Source: Candidatus Micrarchaeota archaeon (GTDB lineage: Archaea; Micrarchaeota; Micrarchaeia; Micrarchaeales; CABMGC01). From it: DNA of 64,000 nt. The stretch spans positions 2,561 through 66,560 of the forward strand of contig JAGWHC010000002.1 of the NCBI GenBank assembly GCA_028867025.1, in the 5' to 3' direction. Below the pieces are notes generated by a model that did no database searches, was not told where the DNA came from, and was given only the letters and a program-made list of their open reading frames with translations. Position 1 is the stretch's first letter, and every line of letters begins with the position of its first letter. Below are positions 28,500-36,185 of this stretch, one piece after another. Position numbers and translations under genes: made by a program.

Positions 28500-29560
28500 T
28501 GGTGATTGGCACGCAACCACTTCCTGAGAAACTTGAAGAAGAAAATCAATTTAATGCGCTGATAAAGAATCCAACAAAGACAGTATCGCAGGTTACCAGA
28601 GAAACGAAATTCAAAGTAAAAAAAGAAATATATCGAAATTTCGATACTGTAAAAGGCAAATACTACCTTAGGAGCCTGATATACGAAGGTACATACAAAG
28701 GAAAACATGCGGTTTTGAAATTTCACGGTACCGAAGACGTGTCTCACGATGCTGACGAAATTCGAAATTTCGAAAGTCAAAATGAGAGCAAAATCATAAG
28801 GGCGCCGTTCGTCTACGCCCGCAGAAAGTGGGCATCGAAGACAGGCTACGGCTTTACCATTTTCGAATACGTCGAGGCGCCAGAGATATTCAGCAGACCC
28901 TCTCCAACAAAGGCCCAGCAAAAAGATTTTGTTAGGTTTTATCAAGAATACAGAACTAAGGCGATAACGAAACCATGGATTAAATTATTAAACGCAAAAC
29001 CTGACGCCGTGAAGGAGAGAGTAGTGAAATACACGCAGGAGTGGCTGAAAAACGCAAAGATAAAGAAACGCCTGAAACGTTCAGATTATTCCAGCTACCT
29101 TTCGCGTTTCTACGCACTTGTGCCCAGATATGTGGCCGTAATGCCTATGGAGTTTATGCACATGCACTTGTACCCAGAACACATACGCAAACTTTCTAAC
29201 GGAAACTATGTCTTGCTTGATCACGTATCGTGGGGATACAGGCCGAAATGGGCCGACCTCTCTTATATGTTGTGGCGATCGATTTTGGACATACGAAGCA
29301 ATAGCTATCCCCATTCGAGATTCTTGCGTTACGTTGATGAATGGATAAATCTTTGCAAAACGATTCCGCTTACAAAGAGGGATGACCTCTTCGACAAGGA
29401 AATCAAGTTCCTTATTCTTGAAAGGACTATCGGCATAATTATAGGAGACCTCGGTTCTGGTAGGTACTGGGGCACCCAAGGAGGCAGGAAATATTTCAAG
29501 CATATGCTTGCGCTGAACCAGAAACTTTTTGAACATCTTGCCGAGGAACTAGAAACGTAA
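28454..29560 (+). CDS. APH/choline-kinase-like phosphotransferase-fold protein, divergent catalytic loop
   Basis: HMHLYPEHIRK...YVLLDHVSWGYRPKWADLSYMLW aligns to the HGDLHPGNI...DWE...D pattern of aminoglycoside/choline kinase-like proteins, but the catalytic Asp and Asn positions are replaced. The true start may be the GTG at 28499/28502, overlapping the trmI stop. Confidence 0.45.
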   Translation: MAHRLSHFCKEPAHIVVIGTQPLPEKLEEENQFNALIKNPTKTVSQVTRETKFKVKKEIYRNFDTVKGKYYLRSLIYEGTYKGKHAVLKFHGTEDVSHDADEIRNFESQNESKIIRAPFVYARRKWASKTGYGFTIFEYVEAPEIFSRPSPTKAQQKDFVRFYQEYRTKAITKPWIKLLNAKPDAVKERVVKYTQEWLKNAKIKKRLKRSDYSSYLSRFYALVPRYVAVMPMEFMHMHLYPEHIRKLSNGNYVLLDHVSWGYRPKWADLSYMLWRSILDIRSNSYPHSRFLRYVDEWINLCKTIPLTKRDDLFDKEIKFLILERTIGIIIGDLGSGRYWGTQGGRKYFKHMLALNQKLFEHLAEELET

Positions 29561-31864
29561 CTACTTTTTCTCCAGAAGAGCAAGGTTCGCAAGCATTGCC
29601 TCGAGCTGTATCCTCTCGTTTGCGCCCTCCACTATGCGGAAGTTGTACTCGCCTATCGCCTTGACGAGGCTGAGCTTTAGGTGGTCACCGACAGGCAGGT
29701 TGAGTGCCTCTCTGTAGCACTGCAGGAGCACATCCTCGCCGCTCATCCCATAATTAAGCGTAAGCGTGTCAAGTTCGTGTCTCGCTTTCTGGAAATCGCC
29801 TTCGAGCGCGTACTTCAGCATCGCGGTCACCTCCTTCGGTCTCGCGCGCGACGCGATGTCGTAGATCTCCCTCTCAGTTATCTTTGGCCCCAGCACAGCA
29901 GCGCTCTGTAGCACGTTCGTCAGCTTTCTCAGGTCGCCCTCGCTCACGTAGACAAGAGCCTCCACAGCCTTCTCGTCTATTTCAAGGCCTTCGCCCTTCT
30001 CTATCCTTCTGATGTACTTCTTTACTTCCTCCTCGTTCAGGGGCTTGAACCTCAGGACCACGCACCTGCTCTGTATCGGCTCTATTATCTTGCTCGCGTA
30101 GTTCGCGCTGAATACGAATCTTGTTGTAGCAGAGTACCTTTCCATCGTCCTCCTCAGCGCGTGCTGGGCCTCGGGTGTCAGCGCATCCGCCTCGTCCAGA
30201 AAAACTATCTTCACCAGCCCGCTTGTGAGCGGCAGCGTTCTTGCGAACTCCTTCACCTTGCCCCTTATCACGTCTATTCCGCGGGCGTCGCTATTGTGGA
30301 GAAGTATCGGGCAAGTTCCTCCCCAAAACATTTCACTTCCCGGAACAGAAACGTCGTATACATAACCAGAATAGTCTTGAATATCAATTTTCTTTACTCT
30401 GGCAGCATAAATGTCAGAATTAAGCAGTTTATTGAGTTTTCCGAGATATTTACTTTTTCCTCCTTCCCTTTCAATTTTTTGAATAACGTCTCTGAGAGAT
30501 TTCTTACTTATTCTATCAGATTTTTTCCAATAAATCTGGTGCCGGAGCAGGTAGCGCCAGTTCAATTTCGGTTTAATCCTCTCCAATTCCTTGACTATCG
30601 GAGCCATCGGAAGTAGTTCACTTATCGAATAGAAAGAGGATTCCTTCTCCCATATTAGCCTTGCTTCCGTTTCGAAACCCGAACTTTCCATTCCAGATAT
30701 CTTGGCCAACCACACTACATCAGTCAGTAAATCAGGAGAAACCGAACAGTATCTTACGTAATCTGCCCATCTACCTGCGGCGTCTCCCATATATCCCTTC
30801 AGAAACTCTTCTCTTAAGCTAAGCGGGGCATCAAATATAAAACTAGGTATTCTTTTGCTATGAGCCGTTTTACTTGCAGCATTTGTATTGTAAAAGCGCG
30901 CTCTAAAAAATCGTGCAAGTTGCGTAGATGCTACTGTCAGCTGTACCCCCGATTCCCTCTGGCTGCTTCCCGACACAATCGTATGCAGGTGAACATCGAA
31001 CCCCATCCCTGTTATTATTTTAGATGCCCTTTCAACTACTGGCATTTCCTTTGGATAGCCGTAAGTAAATACGCATATGCCACTTGTATTATTCCTAAAA
31101 CCAGTCACCCCTTCCGCGGCATAGCTTCCAAATAACCATGCCAATTTTTCGTCTACAGTTATTTTACTAAGAACGGTCTTCACCTTCGGGTTTAAGAGTC
31201 CACCCAAGTTTCCATCCATTTCCATAATTCTGTTCGGAGCTAAAGAGGAGACGTCCAATTCGATATCGGCTCCTTCAATTAGTGCCTTAAATGAGAGCAC
31301 CATATCGTTCTTCCTAAGCTCTGACGCCTTAATTTCCTTTAGTTCACCTTTCTCATTCATGATAACAAGCGAGTGATTCAAACTAGTGCGCACCGTGCCT
31401 CCTTCAAATCGTATTCGGAGTACTCTGTCTACTTTATGCTTCGATATGTTTGCCACATTTGCAAATCTGACTTTAAAAGTGTCTGGATTTATCGAGAGTA
31501 CTTCTAGTCCTTCAGGATAAGCATATTTTGATTTGTCGTCTTTGAAATGTTCATCTGCGATATCTTGAAAAGTCGTTCTTTCAATTTTGCCATTTTTCCT
31601 TATTAAAATAGGTGTTTCTGGAGTGACACTCGCGTTGAGTTCCTGGAACGCCACGTTTATGTCCTCGCCGTACAGCTCCTTCGCCATCGCGAGTGCCGAT
31701 GTCGTCTTTCCTACCCCGGCGGGGCCCGCAAAAATCATGTTCGGGAAGCTCTTTGACTTGACGAACGCCTTCAGCCTCTGCGCTATAGCGTCCTGGCCGA
31801 TTATCTCGTCAATCTTCGACGGCCTGTACTTCTCAGTCCAGGCTATGTCTTCAATGCTCACCAT
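29561..31864 (-). CDS. rfcS: Replication factor C small subunit, interrupted by one intein
   Basis: The exteins total 321 aa and carry TEKYRP, Walker A GPAGVGKT, FLDEADAL and the SRC motif IIEPIQSRC. A 446-aa insertion sits between ELNA and SDARGIDVIR. Confidence 0.9.
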   Translation of the reverse strand: MVSIEDIAWTEKYRPSKIDEIIGQDAIAQRLKAFVKSKSFPNMIFAGPAGVGKTTSALAMAKELYGEDINVAFQELNASVTPETPILIRKNGKIERTTFQDIADEHFKDDKSKYAYPEGLEVLSINPDTFKVRFANVANISKHKVDRVLRIRFEGGTVRTSLNHSLVIMNEKGELKEIKASELRKNDMVLSFKALIEGADIELDVSSLAPNRIMEMDGNLGGLLNPKVKTVLSKITVDEKLAWLFGSYAAEGVTGFRNNTSGICVFTYGYPKEMPVVERASKIITGMGFDVHLHTIVSGSSQRESGVQLTVASTQLARFFRARFYNTNAASKTAHSKRIPSFIFDAPLSLREEFLKGYMGDAAGRWADYVRYCSVSPDLLTDVVWLAKISGMESSGFETEARLIWEKESSFYSISELLPMAPIVKELERIKPKLNWRYLLRHQIYWKKSDRISKKSLRDVIQKIEREGGKSKYLGKLNKLLNSDIYAARVKKIDIQDYSGYVYDVSVPGSEMFWGGTCPILLHNSDARGIDVIRGKVKEFARTLPLTSGLVKIVFLDEADALTPEAQHALRRTMERYSATTRFVFSANYASKIIEPIQSRCVVLRFKPLNEEEVKKYIRRIEKGEGLEIDEKAVEALVYVSEGDLRKLTNVLQSAAVLGPKITEREIYDIASRARPKEVTAMLKYALEGDFQKARHELDTLTLNYGMSGEDVLLQCYREALNLPVGDHLKLSLVKAIGEYNFRIVEGANERIQLEAMLANLALLEKK
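30293..31630 (-). mobile_element. Intein with LAGLIDADG homing-endonuclease domain inside rfcS
   Basis: It starts with Ser (SVTPETPILIRKNG), has a block-B-like SLNH, and ends ...YVYDVSVPGSEMFWGGTCPILLHN followed by +1 Ser. LAGLIDADG-type motifs are KLAWLFGSYAAEGV and EEFLKGYMGDAAGR. It is markedly lower in GC than the exteins (hand counts of 60-nt samples: about 32% versus about 58%). Confidence 0.85.
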
Positions 31865-32158
31865 GAGAATACAACATTATATTCTACAGACACACATTTT
31901 TATTGATAGGCTCTGGTTCCCCGCGATCTCCAAGAGTCTAGCTGCTTTGCAATCATTTCCCTGCTGGATCTCAGCACCAGCGCGATGAGTATCGAGAGCA
32001 GTCCGAGCAGGACATAGTTTAGCTCGTTCGAGGTGCACTGGCAGCCTGTTGCGTTGCCGAGCAGCAGGCCGATGCCTATCTCTATGACTCCGCTCAGCGC
32101 CCATGCCACGCTAACCCTTTCGATGCTTGTCTCTGTTTCGTTCACCACAGCCATTGCA

Positions 32159-33187
32159 TCAGCCAGGCACTATGTTATCAACGACGAACTGGGGATTGTA
32201 GGGCACGAGATCAGTGTATTTCTCTCCCATCCCAAAATATAAAACAGGCACTGTGGTGTCGCTCAGTATGGAAAGCGTGTTGCCTCCCTTGGCATCAACG
32301 TCAAGCTTCGTGAGTATCACGCCGTCGAGCTTTGCCGCCTGGTCGAACTGCTTCACCTGCTCCAGAAGCGAGTTGCCGGCTATGCCCTCGCCTATGAAGA
32401 TGCAGAGATCTGGCTTGTTCACGCGCACCATCTTCTTCAGCTCCTCTATCAGGCTCTTGTTCGTCTCCTGCCTGCCAGCGCTGTCTATGAGCACCGCATC
32501 AAGCCCATGGGCCTTCGCGTAGGCGACAGCGTCGAAAGCTATGCTCGCGGGATCGGCTCCGTAGACTCCTTTTATCACATCTACTCCGAGCCTTTTCGCA
32601 TGTATCACCGCCTGCTCTATCGCCGCGGCCCTGAAGGTGTCGCTCGCCGATATGACGCAGCTTATGCCGTTGCTCTTCAGCATGTGCGCCATCTTCGCTA
32701 TGGTTGTTGTCTTACCCGCGCCGTTGGGGCCCAGAAAGAGGACCTTGAACGGCCCCTCGCCCTTCTGCTTCTTCTCCCTGGCGCGCTGGAGTATGTCTAT
32801 GCCGCTGTTTTTCGTCAGCGTCTGCATGAGCGAATTCCTTATCTCGTTCCTCAGCTCCTTTTGTATGTTCTGCGTGCCCACCTCTTTGCCCACGAGATTG
32901 TCGTGTAGTTTCGTAACAAGTCTCTCAGCAACGTCGTAGTTGACATCTGTTTCCAGCAGAGCGACCCTCAACTGTTCCAAGAACGGCTCAGCGTCCTTCT
33001 CGCTCACCTTCACCTTTCCGAGAAACGCGCCCTTTATCTTTGTCGTCAGCGTTACGTCGGGGCCCTTTCGGCTTTCTTCCCTCTTTTCTTCAGGCGCGCT
33101 TGCTTCAGCCTGCTCCCCCTCATTCTTTTCCTTCTTGCTCAGGCCGTCAACAAAATCCGAGAACTTCTTCTTGAGACCTTCGAACAT
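32159..33187 (-). CDS. ftsY: Signal recognition particle receptor FtsY
   Basis: It has an acidic, charged N-terminal region and an NG domain with GPNGAGKTTTIAKMA, DSAGRQ and TKLD. Confidence 0.9.
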   Translation of the reverse strand: MFEGLKKKFSDFVDGLSKKEKNEGEQAEASAPEEKREESRKGPDVTLTTKIKGAFLGKVKVSEKDAEPFLEQLRVALLETDVNYDVAERLVTKLHDNLVGKEVGTQNIQKELRNEIRNSLMQTLTKNSGIDILQRAREKKQKGEGPFKVLFLGPNGAGKTTTIAKMAHMLKSNGISCVISASDTFRAAAIEQAVIHAKRLGVDVIKGVYGADPASIAFDAVAYAKAHGLDAVLIDSAGRQETNKSLIEELKKMVRVNKPDLCIFIGEGIAGNSLLEQVKQFDQAAKLDGVILTKLDVDAKGGNTLSILSDTTVPVLYFGMGEKYTDLVPYNPQFVVDNIVPG

Positions 33188-33188
33188 C

Positions 33189-33614
33189 TCACTGACCCTG
33201 CTGCATCGCGTCTATCGCATACTGCACGCGCATTATCTCAGTCTCGAGTTTCTTCCTGTCATCAGTAAGCCTGCCTATCGTGCTTTTGCTCATCTCGATG
33301 CTCTTCTTTATGAACTCCTTCGCCTGCTCTGTGTCCTTTTCCACGAGATAGCCGCCGCCCACGTATGTAATTATCTTCTTTAGGTCTTTGACATTGGCCT
33401 CAAAGTACGTGCCGCCCTCAGCGTTGACCAGTATATTGGATCCTTTTATCGACTCCCTCTTGTCGAGTAGGCTCATGTTCCTTTCCAGAGCCGCGTTCGC
33501 CAGGCTCATCGTAGTCAGCTCGTTCATCAGCGCCTCGTACTGCTGATTGTACAGGCTCTGCAGATAGAACAGGCGGTTTATTTCGTCTTCGCGCTTGTCC
33601 TTGTCATCAGCCAT
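33189..33614 (-). CDS. pfdA: Prefoldin alpha subunit
   Basis: This 141-aa protein has a coiled-coil / central beta-hairpin (ILVNAEGGTYFEANV) / coiled-coil layout. It lies immediately upstream of ftsY, as in many archaea. Confidence 0.75.
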   Translation of the reverse strand: MADDKDKREDEINRLFYLQSLYNQQYEALMNELTTMSLANAALERNMSLLDKRESIKGSNILVNAEGGTYFEANVKDLKKIITYVGGGYLVEKDTEQAKEFIKKSIEMSKSTIGRLTDDRKKLETEIMRVQYAIDAMQQGQ

Positions 33615-33779
33615 TCAATCACTCTTTGCTTTCTTTTTAGGCATGTCTGCCCGTCTCCTCAACTCGCCTTCGCTCAAACCTCCAGTTCTCTCAAGCAACT
33701 CTCTTTTCCTCTCGTAGATAAGATCCTGTGCTTCGATAGTTGACAGCTCCACGTATCTGATTGGTTTGAGTTTTGACAT
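33615..33779 (-). CDS. Small basic protein (54 aa), unassigned
   Basis: Hand translation gives MSKLKPIRYVELSTIEAQDLIYERKRELLERTGGLSEGELRRRADMPKKKAKSD. Its TGA stop abuts the pfdA ATG (TGAATG). It falls below the ORF-track length cut-off. Confidence 0.35.
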   Translation of the reverse strand: MSKLKPIRYVELSTIEAQDLIYERKRELLERTGGLSEGELRRRADMPKKKAKSD

Positions 33780-33819
33780 GCAACAATGTTGGCTTGCTAT
33801 ATTTATAATACCTGTTTGA

Positions 33820-34500
33820 TCAGTCGATATTCAGGGCCTCCGCGATTCTTGAGAGTTCGAAACCTGTCGTGGTGTCTCCTACAACCAGGCCTTTCGAATT
33901 GGCCACCGTGCAGAGGCCTATGCTCACGGACCCGAGATTGGCCGTGGACTGCTCAGACTTCATTCCCACCATCTCCTCAAGCATCTCCTTCTCTTGTTCC
34001 GTAGCCCTGTTGTTGATTACAAGCCCCTTGTTTGTCATTATGTTGTTGGCGCCTACTGTACTGAAACCTCCGACCGCGGCCTTCACCACCTCGACCTGCA
34101 GCGCATCAGCTATCGCCTTCTCCTCGTTCTTCCCGTAGCTTGGGTTCACCACCGCGAGCTTGTCATTCACCAGTATGTTGTTCCTCAGCGCGTTGTAATC
34201 TGTATGAAGTATCTCCACGTTGAACCCGTGCAGCTGCAGCTTCAACTCTGCGAGCTCGTGGTCCTCTGTCCCGTACGGCAGCAGGACGCCGTTGGAGTTC
34301 ATTGCGGCGTAGATGCCCACGAATCCAGTCCCTGATATCCTGGCCCTGAACCCTTCGACACCCAGCGCCTCCTTCAGGATCCGCTCCTCGCCCCTGCTGA
34401 CCTCGTTTCCCATCAGGAAGAATCTGTCAGTCGCGGTGACCCAGGCGCCTATGTATTCGTTTCCAAGTATCTCAAGCTTCTCTATGCCCATCTTGATCAA
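33820..34500 (-). CDS. eif6: Translation initiation factor 6 (aIF6)
   Basis: It is 226 aa with repeated aIF6-type segments (GNEYIGAW, GTGFVGIY, NNILVND, GANNIMTNKGLVI, GLCTVANSKGLVVG). It sits in the conserved position upstream of L31e. Confidence 0.85.
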   Translation of the reverse strand: MIKMGIEKLEILGNEYIGAWVTATDRFFLMGNEVSRGEERILKEALGVEGFRARISGTGFVGIYAAMNSNGVLLPYGTEDHELAELKLQLHGFNVEILHTDYNALRNNILVNDKLAVVNPSYGKNEEKAIADALQVEVVKAAVGGFSTVGANNIMTNKGLVINNRATEQEKEMLEEMVGMKSEQSTANLGSVSIGLCTVANSKGLVVGDTTTGFELSRIAEALNID

Positions 34501-34841
34501 ACTTGCTTCTGCGGTTTTGGTTCCTTCGCCTCCTTTGTCGCCTGCTTCTTTTCATCAGCCTTAGCTGTCTGCTGCGAAGTTTGCGCCTGCGTCTTCTGTG
34601 AGTACATCTTTACCTCAACCTTGTCAGCGCTTTTCTCCACGTTAACCTTCAGCTTTGCCCAGAGGAACGACGCGCCGCTCGCTTTCTTTAGTATGAACTC
34701 GTTGAGCCCCTTGTCCAGCCTTATCTTGTCAGGGTCAGACTTGGAAAACCTCGCGACAGCTTCCATCAGCAGCCCCGCTGCCCTCTTCCTCCTTCTTGTA
34801 GTGTGAAGTCTGAGAAGCTTCTTTCTCAGGTTTATCGTCAT
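34497..34841 (-). CDS. rpl31e: Ribosomal protein L31e
   Basis: It has a basic N-terminus and an IRLDKGLNEFI...VNVEK segment typical of L31e. It overlaps aIF6 by 4 nt. Confidence 0.75.
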   Translation of the reverse strand: MTINLRKKLLRLHTTRRRKRAAGLLMEAVARFSKSDPDKIRLDKGLNEFILKKASGASFLWAKLKVNVEKSADKVEVKMYSQKTQAQTSQQTAKADEKKQATKEAKEPKPQKQV

Positions 34842-34888
34842 TGTAGTTGTCTGCGTTGATTGCGTTGTGCTTTGTGCTATATCGTCAC

Positions 34889-35074
34889 CTACAGGCCAAG
34901 CCTCTTCTTCTTGTGCCAGGTGTTAAGCTTCAGCTTCCTGTGCCTCCAGTCGCGCTGGAACTTGTTCGTCTGCAGGCGCCTGTGCGTGCGAACCATCGCG
35001 AGCACCGGCATTCGCCTGTTCTGCTTCAGCTTCTTTCCGAGCATCATCTTCTTCTTGAAACTCTTCTTTCCCAT
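34889..35074 (-). CDS. rpl39e: Ribosomal protein L39e
   Basis: KKKMMLGKKLKQNRRMPVLAMVRTHRR matches the L39e pattern. Confidence 0.85.
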   Translation of the reverse strand: MGKKSFKKKMMLGKKLKQNRRMPVLAMVRTHRRLQTNKFQRDWRHRKLKLNTWHKKKRLGL

Positions 35075-35078
35075 ACGA

Positions 35079-35405
35079 TCACTTGTGCTTGAACTCTATC
35101 TTCGGCTCCGGCTTGAACGTGAGCCTCGAGAGCAGGTCCCTCAGCTGCGGCTCTGATATCTGGCCGGTTATCCTGTTTCCTCTCGCCATCGCAATCAGCA
35201 GGTCTAGCAGCTGTGCGTAGAGCTCGTAGTTCGCAACGCGCACATTCATCAGCCTTTCATACGCGTCCGAAGTCATGAGCTTCTTCACCATTGCCTTCTT
35301 CTCCTGTTCTACCTGCATCTCCCTGAGGCGCCTCTGCACCTCCTTCCTCATCTTCGTCTGGGCCTCAGCATCGGCCTGCGAAGCGTCGTTTGCCAAATCA
35401 AGCAC
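35079..35405 (-). CDS. PDCD5/TFAR19-type DNA-binding protein
   Basis: It is 108 aa. ERLMNVRVANYELYAQLLDLLIAMARGNRITGQISEPQLRDLL matches the archaeal dsDNA-binding PDCD5 family. Its position between S19e and L39e is conserved. Confidence 0.7.
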   Translation of the reverse strand: MLDLANDASQADAEAQTKMRKEVQRRLREMQVEQEKKAMVKKLMTSDAYERLMNVRVANYELYAQLLDLLIAMARGNRITGQISEPQLRDLLSRLTFKPEPKIEFKHK

Positions 35406-35814
35406 CGCGTGTTATCTCGTTCGCTACCTTGTCAAGGAAGGACCTTCCGCTCGGTGTTATCTCCCTGCCCTGCTTTCCCTTCGTCACATAGCCGGCCTTC
35501 TCCAGCGCGTTGAGCGCATCAGTTATCATGCTTCCGCCTGCGCGCATGTGATGGTGCCTTGAGACTACGTGCCCCTTCCTGCTGCCGTACCTTGTCCTCA
35601 ACCTTGAGATTCCAAGCGGGCCGCTGAGGTACACCTGCCTGAGCAGCGATGCGCTTCGCACGTACCAAAAATCCTTCTGCTGCGGTATTCTCTCCCTGCT
35701 CGGCCCAGTCTTGACGAAGTCGACGTAGGCTGGTCTCGCTATGCCCTTTTCCTTGAGCTTCTGCGCAGCTACGCTTATCAGTTTGCCTGAGTCTACCTCG
35801 TATACGTTTGCCAT
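35398..35814 (-). CDS. rps19e: Ribosomal protein S19e
   Basis: VYEVDSGKLISVAAQKLKE, DFVKTGPSRERIPQQKDFWYVRSASLLRQVYL and LEKAGYV are typical of S19e. Confidence 0.85.
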   Translation of the reverse strand: MANVYEVDSGKLISVAAQKLKEKGIARPAYVDFVKTGPSRERIPQQKDFWYVRSASLLRQVYLSGPLGISRLRTRYGSRKGHVVSRHHHMRAGGSMITDALNALEKAGYVTKGKQGREITPSGRSFLDKVANEITRGA

Positions 35815-35902
35815 GCTGTAACCGAAAATAGCAGATATACTGACTATCTTAAGCTATAAATATGTAAGGCTAGCAATAAAATAGCTTATTGTAGTGGTTC
35901 AG

Positions 35903-36175
35903 ATGCAGATCAAAGTGAACGTCATAGAGGATGAGAGCAAGAGCTTCGTCGCAGAGCTTGTCGGAGCGGACAGGAGCCTCGCCGAGCTGATAAAGGAGAA
36001 GCTTTCGGAGAACAAGGACGTCGAATTCTCGAGCGTGGAGAAGGACCACCCGGAGACAGGGGATCCCAGGCTCATAGTAAAGTCATCGAAGAACGCCAAG
36101 GGCCTCGTGCTCAAGGCGATTGAGTCGCTGGAGGACGAGCTGCAGGACCTTGAGAAGGAGATACCCAAGAAGTAG
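35903..36175 (+). CDS. rpoL: DNA-directed RNA polymerase subunit L (Rpo11)
   Basis: It is about 90 aa. The layout (VIEDESKSFVAELVGADRSLAELIKEKL ... EKDHPETGDPRLIVKS) matches Rpo11/L. A TATA-like GCTATAAATATG lies upstream. The GTG at 35894 is an alternative start. Confidence 0.65.
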   Translation: MQIKVNVIEDESKSFVAELVGADRSLAELIKEKLSENKDVEFSSVEKDHPETGDPRLIVKSSKNAKGLVLKAIESLEDELQDLEKEIPKK

Positions 36176-36185
36176 TCAACGCTGA

